DNA of 64,000 bases from IMG/VR virus record IMGVR_UViG_3300033076_001145, positions 128,001 to 192,000 of that record, one strand, 5' to 3'. This document shows positions 31,026 to 41,057 of the stretch, in pieces. A program made the position numbers and the translations under genes. Under the pieces are notes generated by a model. That model had not been told where the DNA came from. It saw only the letters and a program-made list of their open reading frames with translations, and searched no databases. Every line of letters starts with the position of its first letter. Position 1 is the first letter of the stretch. The stretch is from a virus (Duplodnaviria; Caudoviricetes).

Positions 31026-31355
31026 TTAGTTGGGTATTCTCAACCACTTGTCAATATTCATATACGCATCGGTGGTTTTTGTAACTTTCATTTTTAAGGT
31101 ATTCTCAACCCACCTACTGATGACTCTTTGGGATTCGTCTCGTCCTAAATTAAAGAAAGAAGAAATTTCTCTATTTAAATCGATATTAATAAAACAAACA
31201 CCTCTATCTTCATCATATCTAATTTGAGCAAGGTCGTCACTTTCTGAATTAATAAAGAATAAACTTGTGTCATTACCTGTAATAATAAAATCCTGATTGT
31301 CAAGATACTTAAATATTACTTTATCAAATTGTGATTCGGTTATAAGGTATTTCAT
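31026..31355 (-). CDS. FSYLD/WVEN paralog with ITESQ leader
   Basis: MKYLITESQ...WVENTLKMKVTKT-TDAYMNIDKW-LRIPN*. Confidence 0.8.
   Translation of the reverse strand: MKYLITESQFDKVIFKYLDNQDFIITGNDTSLFFINSESDDLAQIRYDEDRGVCFINIDLNREISSFFNLGRDESQRVISRWVENTLKMKVTKTTDAYMNIDKWLRIPN
31032..31109 (+). CRISPR. Mini-array E: partial repeat 31032-31044, 29-nt spacer, repeat 31074-31109
   Basis: GGTTTTTGTAACTTTCATTTTTAAGGTATTCTCAAC. Confidence 0.7.
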
Positions 31356-31367
31356 ATAAGATAAATA

Positions 31368-31685
31368 TTAATAAGGAACCATTAATATGGGTACCTCATT
31401 TCTTAAATAACTTTGAACAACCATTACATCACTTATTTTAAATTTGTGTTTAATCCACAAACCTATAATTTTTTGAGAATCTTCTTTAGATATAGAAAAG
31501 AAAGAAGAGACTTCCTTACACAAATTATCAGACATCCCAACCCAAGGGATATCATAATCAAATCTAATTTGAGCATATTCATCACCTTCTGAATTAACGA
31601 AGTATATTTCCTCCTCCCCATCAATCTGAATGAAGTCCTGACTATCTAAATAAGAAAATATTACTCTTTCTAAATCTTTGTCCAT
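31368..31685 (-). CDS. FSYLD paralog (repeat decayed or absent)
   Basis: MDKDLERVIFSYLDSQDFIQI...WIKHKF...ILMVPY. Confidence 0.8.
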   Translation of the reverse strand: MDKDLERVIFSYLDSQDFIQIDGEEEIYFVNSEGDEYAQIRFDYDIPWVGMSDNLCKEVSSFFSISKEDSQKIIGLWIKHKFKISDVMVVQSYLRNEVPILMVPY

Positions 31686-31700
31686 GAAATTTAATGGGTA

Positions 31701-32693
31701 TTATCCTTTAACATCCTCTTCTTCATCATCATATTCCTCAAAGTCGTAATCACTGTATTCGTCATCATCATATTCATCTTCATCATATTCATCCCCCTCT
31801 GAATCTACTTCAACTCCTTTGGTAACATATCCGATTTTTTGGAATGGTTCTCTATCTTCATGTCTTGCTTTATAAAACCAATCATTCAACATAGATAATA
31901 GATTATCCTTACCAATTAACTTTTGTAATTTACTACTGACAAGGATGGTTTTACCCAATATTAGTTTTCTAGATGAATTAACACTATACCATTCATATAA
32001 ACTTTCATTAATAATTTCAATTACCTTTTCCTTAGGAACTCCATCCTCAATTAACAATATACGGTCTTTATAGACAATTGCGTTAATATCAGGAGCTTGC
32101 ATTAACTTACGATAAACCTCTTGGACATCCTTTGAAGCGTTGTCCTTAGACTGAATGAATTTAATTCTATTAAGAAGTTTTCTGTATATCTTATAACCCA
32201 AGTTATATCCCAGTAACGACTTTGGAAGTCCCTCAGGGAAGTGAGTTCTGTTTCTTGGATAATCAATATATAAATAAATGTGTTCGTTATAAATAAATTT
32301 GTCATAGTCTGAACACATTTGTTTAATTCTATCTATTGGAGCAAGTCCTGACAAATATTTATTTACATCAAGTTCATGATAAGCCTCACACATTTGAAAC
32401 ATTTTAGTCCTAATCTTAGCAGGTAACATAAAATAGAAAAACTTATCATATTCAACCAAAATAACATCCTCCCACTTCATATTCTTTAATTCGTTAGATA
32501 TTTCTGAATAAAGTTTGTTACACTTTTGAGTTAGTTTCTTCATGTCACTTTTAAATCCAGCAGTTTTTTCTCTGTCTTTCAAAGATTTAACAAGATAGTT
32601 CTTAGGTTGGGCAGCCTTTAATTTACTTAAACTAAGTCCCATTTCCTTAACCTCAGCTTCTTCTCTTAAAATTTGCTTAATGAGCTCTTTCAT
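31701..32693 (-). CDS. Hypothetical protein with acidic tail
   Basis: MKELIKQILREE leader; D/E/Y-rich C-terminus. Confidence 0.65.
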   Translation of the reverse strand: MKELIKQILREEAEVKEMGLSLSKLKAAQPKNYLVKSLKDREKTAGFKSDMKKLTQKCNKLYSEISNELKNMKWEDVILVEYDKFFYFMLPAKIRTKMFQMCEAYHELDVNKYLSGLAPIDRIKQMCSDYDKFIYNEHIYLYIDYPRNRTHFPEGLPKSLLGYNLGYKIYRKLLNRIKFIQSKDNASKDVQEVYRKLMQAPDINAIVYKDRILLIEDGVPKEKVIEIINESLYEWYSVNSSRKLILGKTILVSSKLQKLIGKDNLLSMLNDWFYKARHEDREPFQKIGYVTKGVEVDSEGDEYDEDEYDDDEYSDYDFEEYDDEEEDVKG

Positions 32694-32767
32694 ATTACTA
32701 ATAAATATATTAAAAAATAAAAAAACCCCACCTGTTATAGATGGGGTTTAATCTTATTACTAAATCC

Positions 32768-33799
32768 TTATTTAATAATTCTTGTGGTATAAACCTTACC
32801 TGAGTCATCGGTCATAACAATTACATATGAACCATTACTCAATAGATTACCATCAATCTGAATTTGTTTTTGGTTGAAGTTCTGACTAAACACAACCTTA
32901 CCATCAACTGACATAATCTTTACATTAGTATTATTAGATGGCGCAGAAATGTTAATTACCTCACCGATTGGATTTGGCCAAACCTTAATGTTGTTGGTCA
33001 ATACCTCAACACCTGTTGTATAATCAGGCACAATATTCAAAGTATATTCTGACATAATTCCACCAGGGAACCATCCTGTTGAGTCAATTGTGAATGTCAA
33101 ACAAGAGTCAGTCATACATCCATTAGGTGAAAAAGCATACAAACAAGGTGTATATGTCCCAGGTGAATCGTAGATAAATGATGTATATAACGATAGGCTA
33201 TCTACACCGCTCGCCAATCCCCAGTCCCATCCCCAGAAATTTGCGCCAGTCGTTTCACAAACAACATAGATTGTGTTTGGTTCAGATACCAATGAGTCAG
33301 GAACAAAATACATACTGATTGTTGGTGGGGTGTTCAATACTCCATCGCAGTTATTATCAACACCATCACAAGCCTCGAGAGCACCGGGGTAGGTAAATGG
33401 GTCATAATCGTTACAGTCATTACCTCCAGATTCAATTGATAGGTATCCATCATCATCCATATCATCAAAAATAGGCATTACAATATCAAATGTGGTAACC
33501 GCACCAGGTGTTACAATACCACCGATACATTGTGCCGTTCCCTGACAATCAATCGCACATATTGAAACATATACATCGGTACTATCAATAGGTGGCGCCG
33601 AAGCAATCCAAACCCCATTTGGACTATAAGAAAACATCAAAGGTCCTGTCCAAGTACTATCATCCAATGAGTAATCCCCAACTACGGTAACCGGACAATT
33701 TGGATTTTCACCAACAACATAAACATTGATTGGGAATTGAGAGAACACATTAAGTGTTAGAATGCTCAATAGAGCAAAAAGAAAAGTTTTTAATTTCAT
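32768..33799 (-). CDS. Paralog of 24860-25873: secreted protein with T9SS type A CTD
   Basis: Near-identical signal peptide; DCNDYDPFTYPGALEACDGVDNNCDG; VWPNPI...TTRIIK. Confidence 0.8.
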   Translation of the reverse strand: MKLKTFLFALLSILTLNVFSQFPINVYVVGENPNCPVTVVGDYSLDDSTWTGPLMFSYSPNGVWIASAPPIDSTDVYVSICAIDCQGTAQCIGGIVTPGAVTTFDIVMPIFDDMDDDGYLSIESGGNDCNDYDPFTYPGALEACDGVDNNCDGVLNTPPTISMYFVPDSLVSEPNTIYVVCETTGANFWGWDWGLASGVDSLSLYTSFIYDSPGTYTPCLYAFSPNGCMTDSCLTFTIDSTGWFPGGIMSEYTLNIVPDYTTGVEVLTNNIKVWPNPIGEVINISAPSNNTNVKIMSVDGKVVFSQNFNQKQIQIDGNLLSNGSYVIVMTDDSGKVYTTRIIK

Positions 33800-33880
33800 A
33801 ATTTTTTGTTTTTTAATTAGTGATACAAAGATAGTATAAAAATCGTTAGATGTAAAATAAAAAACCCCACTCTTTTGGAG

Positions 33881-34261
33881 TCACCTTCCCTCATTTTTCC
33901 ATCTATCAGACCTAAAAACACGATATTGTTCTTTACATATTTCACAACGACATTTTTGATTAATATATCCAGATACCCCGTGTTCCCAACTTTTTCTATT
34001 TATCAAATAGTCCCCTTCATTAATTGATTTTTCAATATGACAATCAGAACAAAGTAATTGGCATTTTTTTACTTCATTTAGAAATATGTCAATATTTGAA
34101 GTAAACATTGATGATATTTCATTAACCTTATTTTCAGGAGTTATGTGGTCAAAATGAAGATTGTCTTCAGTCCCACAAACTACACACTTTCCCCCTAACA
34201 TATCTAACGCTAGTTGTTTTCTTTTTTTACGATATTCTCTAATATATTCTTTTGTCGGCAT
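33881..34261 (-). CDS. HNH endonuclease
   Basis: CVVCG, HFDHI, LLCSDCH. Confidence 0.85.
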   Translation of the reverse strand: MPTKEYIREYRKKRKQLALDMLGGKCVVCGTEDNLHFDHITPENKVNEISSMFTSNIDIFLNEVKKCQLLCSDCHIEKSINEGDYLINRKSWEHGVSGYINQKCRCEICKEQYRVFRSDRWKNEGR

Positions 34262-34351
34262 ACTCTTTTATAATAAATATATTAAAGTTTACAAAAAGTA
34301 AATTGCCGTAAATAAAAAACCCCACTATTTTACAAGTGGGGTTTCAATTTT

Positions 34352-34546
34352 AACAAACCATCTACGCTAACCGTAGTTGTAGATTTTACTGATGGTTGGT
34401 TCCCCATCACCTGTTATGTGTGCACCATAGAGCAGGGTCCATCACAGTATACCTTGGGTCATTTTACACTTCATTTGTGGTAGCTACTCCACGGTGAAGC
34501 CAAGGTCTCTTTCAACGGTGCTAATCCGTCTTCTGTAAGGTTTGTT
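34352..34546 (-). ncRNA. Candidate ~195-nt structured RNA
   Basis: Terminal helix AACAAACC/GGTTTGTT, several internal hairpins; lies between tRNA-Tyr and a terminator. Confidence 0.55.
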
Positions 34547-34548
34547 TG

Positions 34549-34629
34549 TTGTGGTGGACGGACTCGAACCGCCAAGCCCGAAGGACCTGATTTACAGTCA
34601 GGCGAGCCAACCAATTGCTCAACACCACA
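34549..34629 (-). tRNA. tRNA-Tyr(GTA)
   Basis: CCTGA-CT-GTA-AA-TCAGG; variable arm. Confidence 0.9.
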
Positions 34630-34635
34630 ATGTAG

Positions 34636-34710
34636 TATCGCGTATCGGATTCGAACCGATGGTCTTTGCCGTGAAAAGGCAACGATTTAAACCAGCTAAT
34701 CTAACGCGAC
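34636..34710 (-). tRNA. tRNA-Glu(TTC)
   Basis: TTGCC-TT-TTC-AC-GGCAA. Confidence 0.88.
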
Positions 34711-34827
34711 ATTTAAAAAAGAAAGCTTATAGTGTCCACATTTTCCACTATAAGAAGTAACGACCAGTCAAGTTGTGAATCTTACTTTATGTCGCCTGCA
34801 ACAGGTGAAACTTACTTCTATCTTTTA

Positions 34828-34978
34828 GTTGACTAATAAGGAATTGAACCTTAATCCTGTTTTACCTTTCCCCGTCCTCATGCGGACTGTCAGTACTCCG
34901 TTCTACCGTGCACCATTACACCATAATCAAGCGAGAGTTTCGAACCTCTCAGGTTTCAGGTTAATTACTCCTGAACTT
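34828..34978 (-). ncRNA. Repeated structured RNA family C, copy 1 (two hairpins + tRNA-like body)
   Basis: Homologous to 47163-47313 with compensatory changes. Confidence 0.7.
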
Positions 34979-34980
34979 TG

Positions 34981-35061
34981 ATGCGGGAGGAGGACTCGAA
35001 CCTCCGAGGCTTTCGCTGAGGCTTATGAGACCTCCCAGATACCAACTTCTGACACCCCGCA
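34981..35061 (-). tRNA. tRNA-Met(CAT) with long variable arm
   Basis: GAGGT-CT-CAT-AA-GCCTC; extra arm GCGAAAGC. Confidence 0.8.
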
Positions 35062-35950
35062 ATTTAATATTTCAATTTAACATTCAGTCGTTCCTGAATT
35101 GTTTTACAAATGTAAGTAATAAATACTCTCGTGTCAAGAAAAATTTTATTTATATACTCTCACTACTCCATTTTTACCTATAATTGAGTCCTGATGTGGT
35201 TCTAATGTGAAATGTACTGTGTGACCTAAACAAGGATAGTATCTATGTTTAACACACTCTTCCCACTCTCTACGAAATTTACCATTATTACCATTAGTAT
35301 ATGTCTTCCATTTAACACATTCTTGACATTCACTATTGTAATAAACAAAATACGATGTTTTGAAGATAGTAAAGACCACTAATCCTATTATCAAAAAAGT
35401 GAATAAGATGTATAGTTCCCCGTCCTTATTCCACTTATCGTATGTTTTTCTCCAGTTACTTTTCATAATTATTTTTTTGTAGTGCGCTTTCTCATTACGC
35501 AATACCTAACTATTTTATTTTTACAGTTGACTTAATCTCTCCCGATAAATTAACACGAATATCTAAAGCGTGTAACGAATCAATAACTATATATCTTTCG
35601 CTGTCTATCTTATACACAACACCATTAGGGTACTTTGTTTGTAACATCTCTATGTCTTGAGATATGGTGGTTGTACTTGTGTCACATCCAGTTAAAAACA
35701 TCCCTATGCTTAATATCGCAATTATTCTTTTCATATTTTTTATTCTTCTTCGTCTTTGGTTAATTCAGTATACTCTAATGCAAATTGTATTAACCCATTA
35801 AGGTATTGCCACTTTTGACATCCGTTTGGGTAACTTGGGAATATCTCTTTAAGTTTTTGTTCTTGCCATTCTCTTTCAGAAGGGGTGGGCGATAGCCATT
35901 GACCATCAACATCATCTGGTTTTATGTACCAACTCATATCTTTATTTTTT

Positions 35951-38141
35951 GTAGTCAGGACAGGATTCGAACCTGTACGTTCAATGTGGCAGACTATCCT
36001 ACCTGCGACCTGTACACTGAATTAAACAGTGACACATTGAACTCACTTAGCGTCTACCAAAATTACTCATTGACCCCGTAATGGATTCGAACCACATTTA
36101 GTAATTTCCCACTTGAACGGGGTTGAAGTAATTATTCCGCCACCTGACTATTTGTTTTAATAATGATATTTTATTGTTGTTTTTAAACAACCATCAACAA
36201 CTTTAGTTGTAATTAAATGAATTACACATTTACCATTAACTTTCATTCTTCCAATTACTTCTTGAGCAATATCAAAAGGTAATGTTAAATACATATCTTC
36301 TGATTTTTGGTTAATAAATGTTTTCATACTTTTATTTTTTAGTTTAGTAGTCAGGACAGGAATTGAACCTGTAAGTAATGGAAGTTCCTCAACCTCTCCC
36401 TAAGTTCAGTGTCTTTGTGCCCTGCCCTTTGTTTTATACTTTGGCTACCATTCCGCCACCTGACTATGTTACCAGTCTTTCCTGGTCGTCACCTTGCTCC
36501 GCAGGTATGAACCCGCATTGCCCTTGGTTGGGTCTATTTGGAAAAGTCACGGTCGGCTCTGTTTCCAAATCATTTTTGTGGTTGACGGCTCAATCCGACA
36601 CGACCGATTACTCCCACATTCGTACTCAGAGAAGGACTTGAACCTTCATGTCATTTCTGACTCGGTAAATTACCTTAGCGTCTTTCCATCGGGTTTAATG
36701 CATTTCACCTCGCTTCCGCCACCTGAGCATCTTTATTTTCTAACATATTCCATCATCTCTCTCATTTTGGAAATCAATAGTTCCATTTCATCTACATTGA
36801 GGTACATACGAGAACTTTCTGAACCATCCAACTCTTTTGTTTCAACGATAATTCCATTATACGTCTCCGTTGGGTATACCTCAACTTCTTGTTCTTCTGT
36901 TGATATTGTTACTTTGTGCCAAACTTTATTCTTCATGCTATAAAATATTAAATTGTTTAAGTTCAATTACTATACCGATTATGGATATCAAGAATAAGGA
37001 TACCTTTATCATACTATCAGTGAAGGTATTGTTTGACCATCTAAAACACATCCATAGTGTGAAGATGATACAGTAAATTGTGAATATGTGTCCTAATAAT
37101 TCCATTATTGTAATTTTTTAATTATTTCAACAAATATATGGATATTTTTCTACCTTACCAAATTTATTTTTAAAAATCTAACATATTCAATTGTAATTTT
37201 GCAATCAAAGTATCTTCTTCGGGTCTTGAGTCCAACCCTAATGAGATACTTCTTCCGTGACAAGAACAAGTTGGGTTACCATCTTTGTTTACACCGAAGG
37301 ATATGAATCCAGCACTAATAGGTTTCCAATCACTGAAATCTGAATGTTGTATCATTTCAGGAAACACGATGATTTCTCTATTTCGTGTTATGATGTATTT
37401 TTGTTTTAAGTCCATACGACAAAGATAATACTAATTTTTTAAATAGACAATTTTTTTTGTAGTCAGGACAGGACTCGAACCTGTATGAGGTAACTGTTGT
37501 GACTTCATGATGCGGAGCAGTGTTATTTCCTTACGCTTACTCTATTACTCACTCGCAATTCGCTATGCCAATTTGCCACCTGACTATTTTTATATTTTAA
37601 TCTTTAATCAATGCTTTGATTAGTTGGGTCGCTATCATCATCACTATTACGGAGAAAAATATTTCCCTCCGTCATAACCACCCAAATCACAATCAATGTA
37701 AAAACAATAAGTCCTATCATAATATCAATTTTAATTTATTTTTATAGTCAGGACAGGATTCGAACCTGTAACAGAGTATTCTTAGTTGCGAACAACGACT
37801 TTCTCCTTTCTGACATTGTAAGCCTTATACCAATGATATCAATAGCGTCTACCATTCCGCCACCTGACTATTTTGTTTTTACAATAAATAATGCCGTATT
37901 AACATACCTAATATGAATGATAATATCGTCATTAAAATAAACATTGTTTTAGATATTTCCTTATGTTTCATATTTCTAATTTTAGTAGTCAGGACAGGAA
38001 TCGAACCTGTATAGGTGTCAGTCATAAACTGATTGCTTCTACTGTTATAGAGTTCTTTTGCTCCACCGAACCTAAACATCTTACGTTCACTACCTCACCA
38101 GGTTTCCGATGTTACGTCTAACCAATTCCGCTACCTGACTA
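35951..38141 (-). repeat. tRNA-scaffold elements, cluster 1 (6 copies)
   Basis: 35951-36150, 36347-36466, 36622-36728 (variant), 37459-37586, 37744-37870, 37985-38141; AGTCAGG-TGGCGGAAT...ACAGGTTCGAATCCTGT-CCTGACT with unrelated middles. Confidence 0.85.
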
Positions 38142-38374
38142 TTTTGTTAAAACTTAAATGGGTCCCAACTAGCAATACTCCATTCAACCATTAGTTCTTT
38201 TCTAACCTGTTTTTTCTTTTTTCTCGGCAAGTTACTAGACTCTCGGTATTTCTTAATAATCTTTTCCTTCCATATTTTACTTGTGTTTGAAAAGGTGTGC
38301 ATTTCGTTAATTGCCATTTGGTAAAATAACTCACCACCTCTACCGAATAAACTATCCATAATTTTTATTTTTTA

Positions 38375-38914
38375 TTAATCATTAAAAAGATTTACTAAAT
38401 AACTAAACATTTCATAATAAGGATGTGTGTTACTATCATCCCAACCCATATTTACGATAAAGTCATCATTCTCCTTCTTATACTTCTCAAACATATGACC
38501 ACCTGTCATTTTTGAGTATTGGACATTGGCAATACGGTCACACAACTTAACGAACACCGCTCCGTGAGTATTTCTGATACCTTCATAATACTTGTCGTTC
38601 GCTCTTTCCTTACGGTTCTTACCTTTCTCGTTGGTAAGTGCGTAGATGATATCAGCGGCAACTATACCTAATTCTTCCTTTACATCGTTGTAAGATACAC
38701 GAGTATCCTCAATCAAATCGTGACCCCATGCTCCAAGTAAGATATCCTCACCTGTCAATCCTGTTCCGTCATTACAAATATCAACAACCAAACTTCCAAA
38801 TTGTTTTGCAACATTCACAACCATTCTCAAATGAAACTCATAGGGAAGATATGTGTCGTACATATGATTTGTACTCTTATGTTGTTCTAATACCCAATTA
38901 ATCTTGTTTTCCAT
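38375..38914 (-). CDS. HD-domain hydrolase (RelA/SpoT hydrolase, Mesh1-like)
   Basis: PY.FHL..V, GHDLIEDT, ALT, VKLCDRIAN. Confidence 0.8.
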   Translation of the reverse strand: MENKINWVLEQHKSTNHMYDTYLPYEFHLRMVVNVAKQFGSLVVDICNDGTGLTGEDILLGAWGHDLIEDTRVSYNDVKEELGIVAADIIYALTNEKGKNRKERANDKYYEGIRNTHGAVFVKLCDRIANVQYSKMTGGHMFEKYKKENDDFIVNMGWDDSNTHPYYEMFSYLVNLFND

Positions 38915-38926
38915 AGGACAAAGATA

Positions 38927-39295
38927 CTACAATTTCTCAAAGTAAAAAAATATTGGTGACTTTTTTTCAATCAATAACCCAAAATCTTTTGCTAACCTAT
39001 AATTGGGGGTGTCCCTTTCCAATCTGTCAAGTGATGTCTCAACAACCTTTCTAAACATTTCAAGAGAATAGGTTGATTTCCACTTATTACATCTAGCACA
39101 AGATGGATTTAAGTTTTCAATGTCGTGGGAACCTTTATTAAGACCAGCTCGTTTGGCTTCACTTTCAGTTAAAGTATGCCAATGTGGTTCAATGTGGTCC
39201 ACTTGCATTTCTTTGTAGGTAATCTCCTTACCACAATAAGCACAATGTCCCTCACACTTTTGATAAACTTGTTCCCTGATTTCTTTTTTCATCAA
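38927..39295 (-). CDS. HNH endonuclease
   Basis: HCAYCG, MQVDHI, NLNPSCARCN. Confidence 0.85.
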   Translation of the reverse strand: MMKKEIREQVYQKCEGHCAYCGKEITYKEMQVDHIEPHWHTLTESEAKRAGLNKGSHDIENLNPSCARCNKWKSTYSLEMFRKVVETSLDRLERDTPNYRLAKDFGLLIEKKSPIFFYFEKL

Positions 39296-40018
39296 TTAGA
39301 TATCCAACACTCTTTTCTTGTAATAGTCATCAAAACCATCTAACATTTCGGTGATTGTCTTAGTGTCATCTCTTTTGATTACCTCATCAATCAATCCAAA
39401 CTCTTTTGCTTCGTCTGAGTTATACCATCTGTCACGAGTGGAGAATTCTAATACCTCATCAAATGTTTTTCCACAGTTCTCGGCCAACATTTTAAATAAA
39501 ATGTAGTTATACTTCTCACCTTCCATTTGGTCAATACGAGTATCTTGGATATTACCATGAGTTCCATGACTTACTTGGTGGGTCATAACCTTTGAATAGA
39601 CAAGTGACGACCTCTTACCTTTGGTCCCTGAAGATAATAATACCGAACCCATTGAAGCGCACATCCCGATATTGGTTGTTACAACATCTGATTTAATGTA
39701 GTTCATTAAATCAACAATACCAAGTCCGCACAACACCGAACCACCAGGTGAGTTAATATATAAAGTAATGTCTTTTTGTTCAACAGAATCCAAAAACAAC
39801 ATTTGAGCTTGGACAATATCTGACATTCGTTGATTAACCGCCCCTGACACCCATAAGATACGCTCTCTCATCAACCTCGAGAAGATATCAATCTGTGTTG
39901 CTCTCATTTCTCTTTCCTCCAACACATATGGTGTTAATGAGTTTTCAAACGCATCAAGGTTCATAGATGAGATACCCTCACTTAATGCAAACTTTCTAAA
40001 TTCTTTTCCGTAATTCAT
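39296..40018 (-). CDS. clpP: ATP-dependent Clp protease proteolytic subunit
   Basis: DIFSRL..ERI, YINSPGG, CASMGS, MTHQ, RDRW, FGLIDEV. Confidence 0.95.
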   Translation of the reverse strand: MNYGKEFRKFALSEGISSMNLDAFENSLTPYVLEEREMRATQIDIFSRLMRERILWVSGAVNQRMSDIVQAQMLFLDSVEQKDITLYINSPGGSVLCGLGIVDLMNYIKSDVVTTNIGMCASMGSVLLSSGTKGKRSSLVYSKVMTHQVSHGTHGNIQDTRIDQMEGEKYNYILFKMLAENCGKTFDEVLEFSTRDRWYNSDEAKEFGLIDEVIKRDDTKTITEMLDGFDDYYKKRVLDI

Positions 40019-40443
40019 TTTTTATTTTAATTGTTTTATACCTCTACAAGTCTCTCTGTGATTAGTCGTGTCCCAAAGTTTGGGATTAACCATATGACAG
40101 GTATGTTTTCTACCTGTTCTTTCAACAAATTCTCGTAATTTTTTATTATGGTTGTTTTCAACCTTCCAAGGACATTCCTTACAACAAGACATAGTTTAAG
40201 ACTCTTGGGTTAGTAATCTGTTGTATCTATTTTCATCAATCGCAATTCTCATTCTTGACTCGGTTGAACGGTATAAATCCGAACCAACACCACCTAATTG
40301 TTTCTCATACATATTAAGGTAATTTCTAACTAACTTACGACAAGCAATGTCTTGCATTGGGTGAGTACAAGAATCAATTACACTTATAACCCACAACATA
40401 GTTTCATACCATCCATTCATAGTTTTATGTATTAAAAAGTTTG

Positions 40444-40519
40444 TGAAGAAGACGGGAATCGAACCTCGTGGCACAAGGGATTTCTGTCCCTCTGCTCTAC
40501 CGACTGAGCTACTTCTTCA
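40444..40519 (-). tRNA. Atypical tRNA (Phe-like, irregular anticodon loop)
   Basis: Good acceptor, D and T arms; GAGGGA-CAGAAA-TCCCTT gives a non-7-nt loop. Confidence 0.55.
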
Positions 40520-40583
40520 TTTAAAAAGGTAAGTCCGACTTCCCTATCCGTGTGGTGTTTCACGAGTCGGACTTGTTTTTGTT

Positions 40584-41057
40584 AGATTCACCAATATAGT
40601 ATTTCCTCGGATATGTCCCAAGAGATTGGGACCATAGTAACCGTCCACCGAGGACCTATACTCTCACACTCCGTCCTGTCCCTACTCACTTAATCAAATT
40701 AGTCATAAGCTTCTCGGTCGAGGCGTTCAGTGTTACCCTCAAGACATCTTCACCCTACCACCATAGTTACTTGGTTAGCCTCACTCGGAAGATGAGTGTG
40801 TATCGTAAGATTGTCTAGTTTTCTTACGACTTGTGGATTTCAACACGACTACTTAAAGCCCCTAACCCTTTTAATCCATAACGAGGGTATCTAATTCATT
40901 GTTCCCTATCATACTTGGTTGAACTTCCCCAAACCAATTAACACCGATTAAGTAGTGCTATATGTATTTCACGTTCTGTGTAGCCTCCCCCATAGCCTTG
41001 GAGCCTTCAAGCCAGGTTCACACTGTCCAACCGCAGATAAACGGTATTGTGGGGTCT
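40584..41057 (-). ncRNA. Candidate ~475-nt structured RNA
   Basis: No ORF, raised GC, terminal helix and nested long hairpins. Confidence 0.6.

Noticed and set aside
24395-31685. Diversity-generating retroelement as explanation for the paralog tails
   Set aside because: No reverse transcriptase in the window; variable segments are wholly unrelated, repeat-flanked and 29-31 nt, not adenine-specific variants of a template
21783-33799. A cas gene near the mini-arrays
   Set aside because: No ORF of Cas13/Cas9 size and no recognisable Cas1/Cas2 or paired HEPN motifs in the window
36378-36943. + strand ORFs (87 and 149 aa) and similar ORFs at 46680, 46867, 47979, 52808 and 63163
   Set aside because: They overlap tRNAs, tRNA-scaffold elements or structured RNA; their translations just read through repeats (VVRTGFEP, SQDRIRT)
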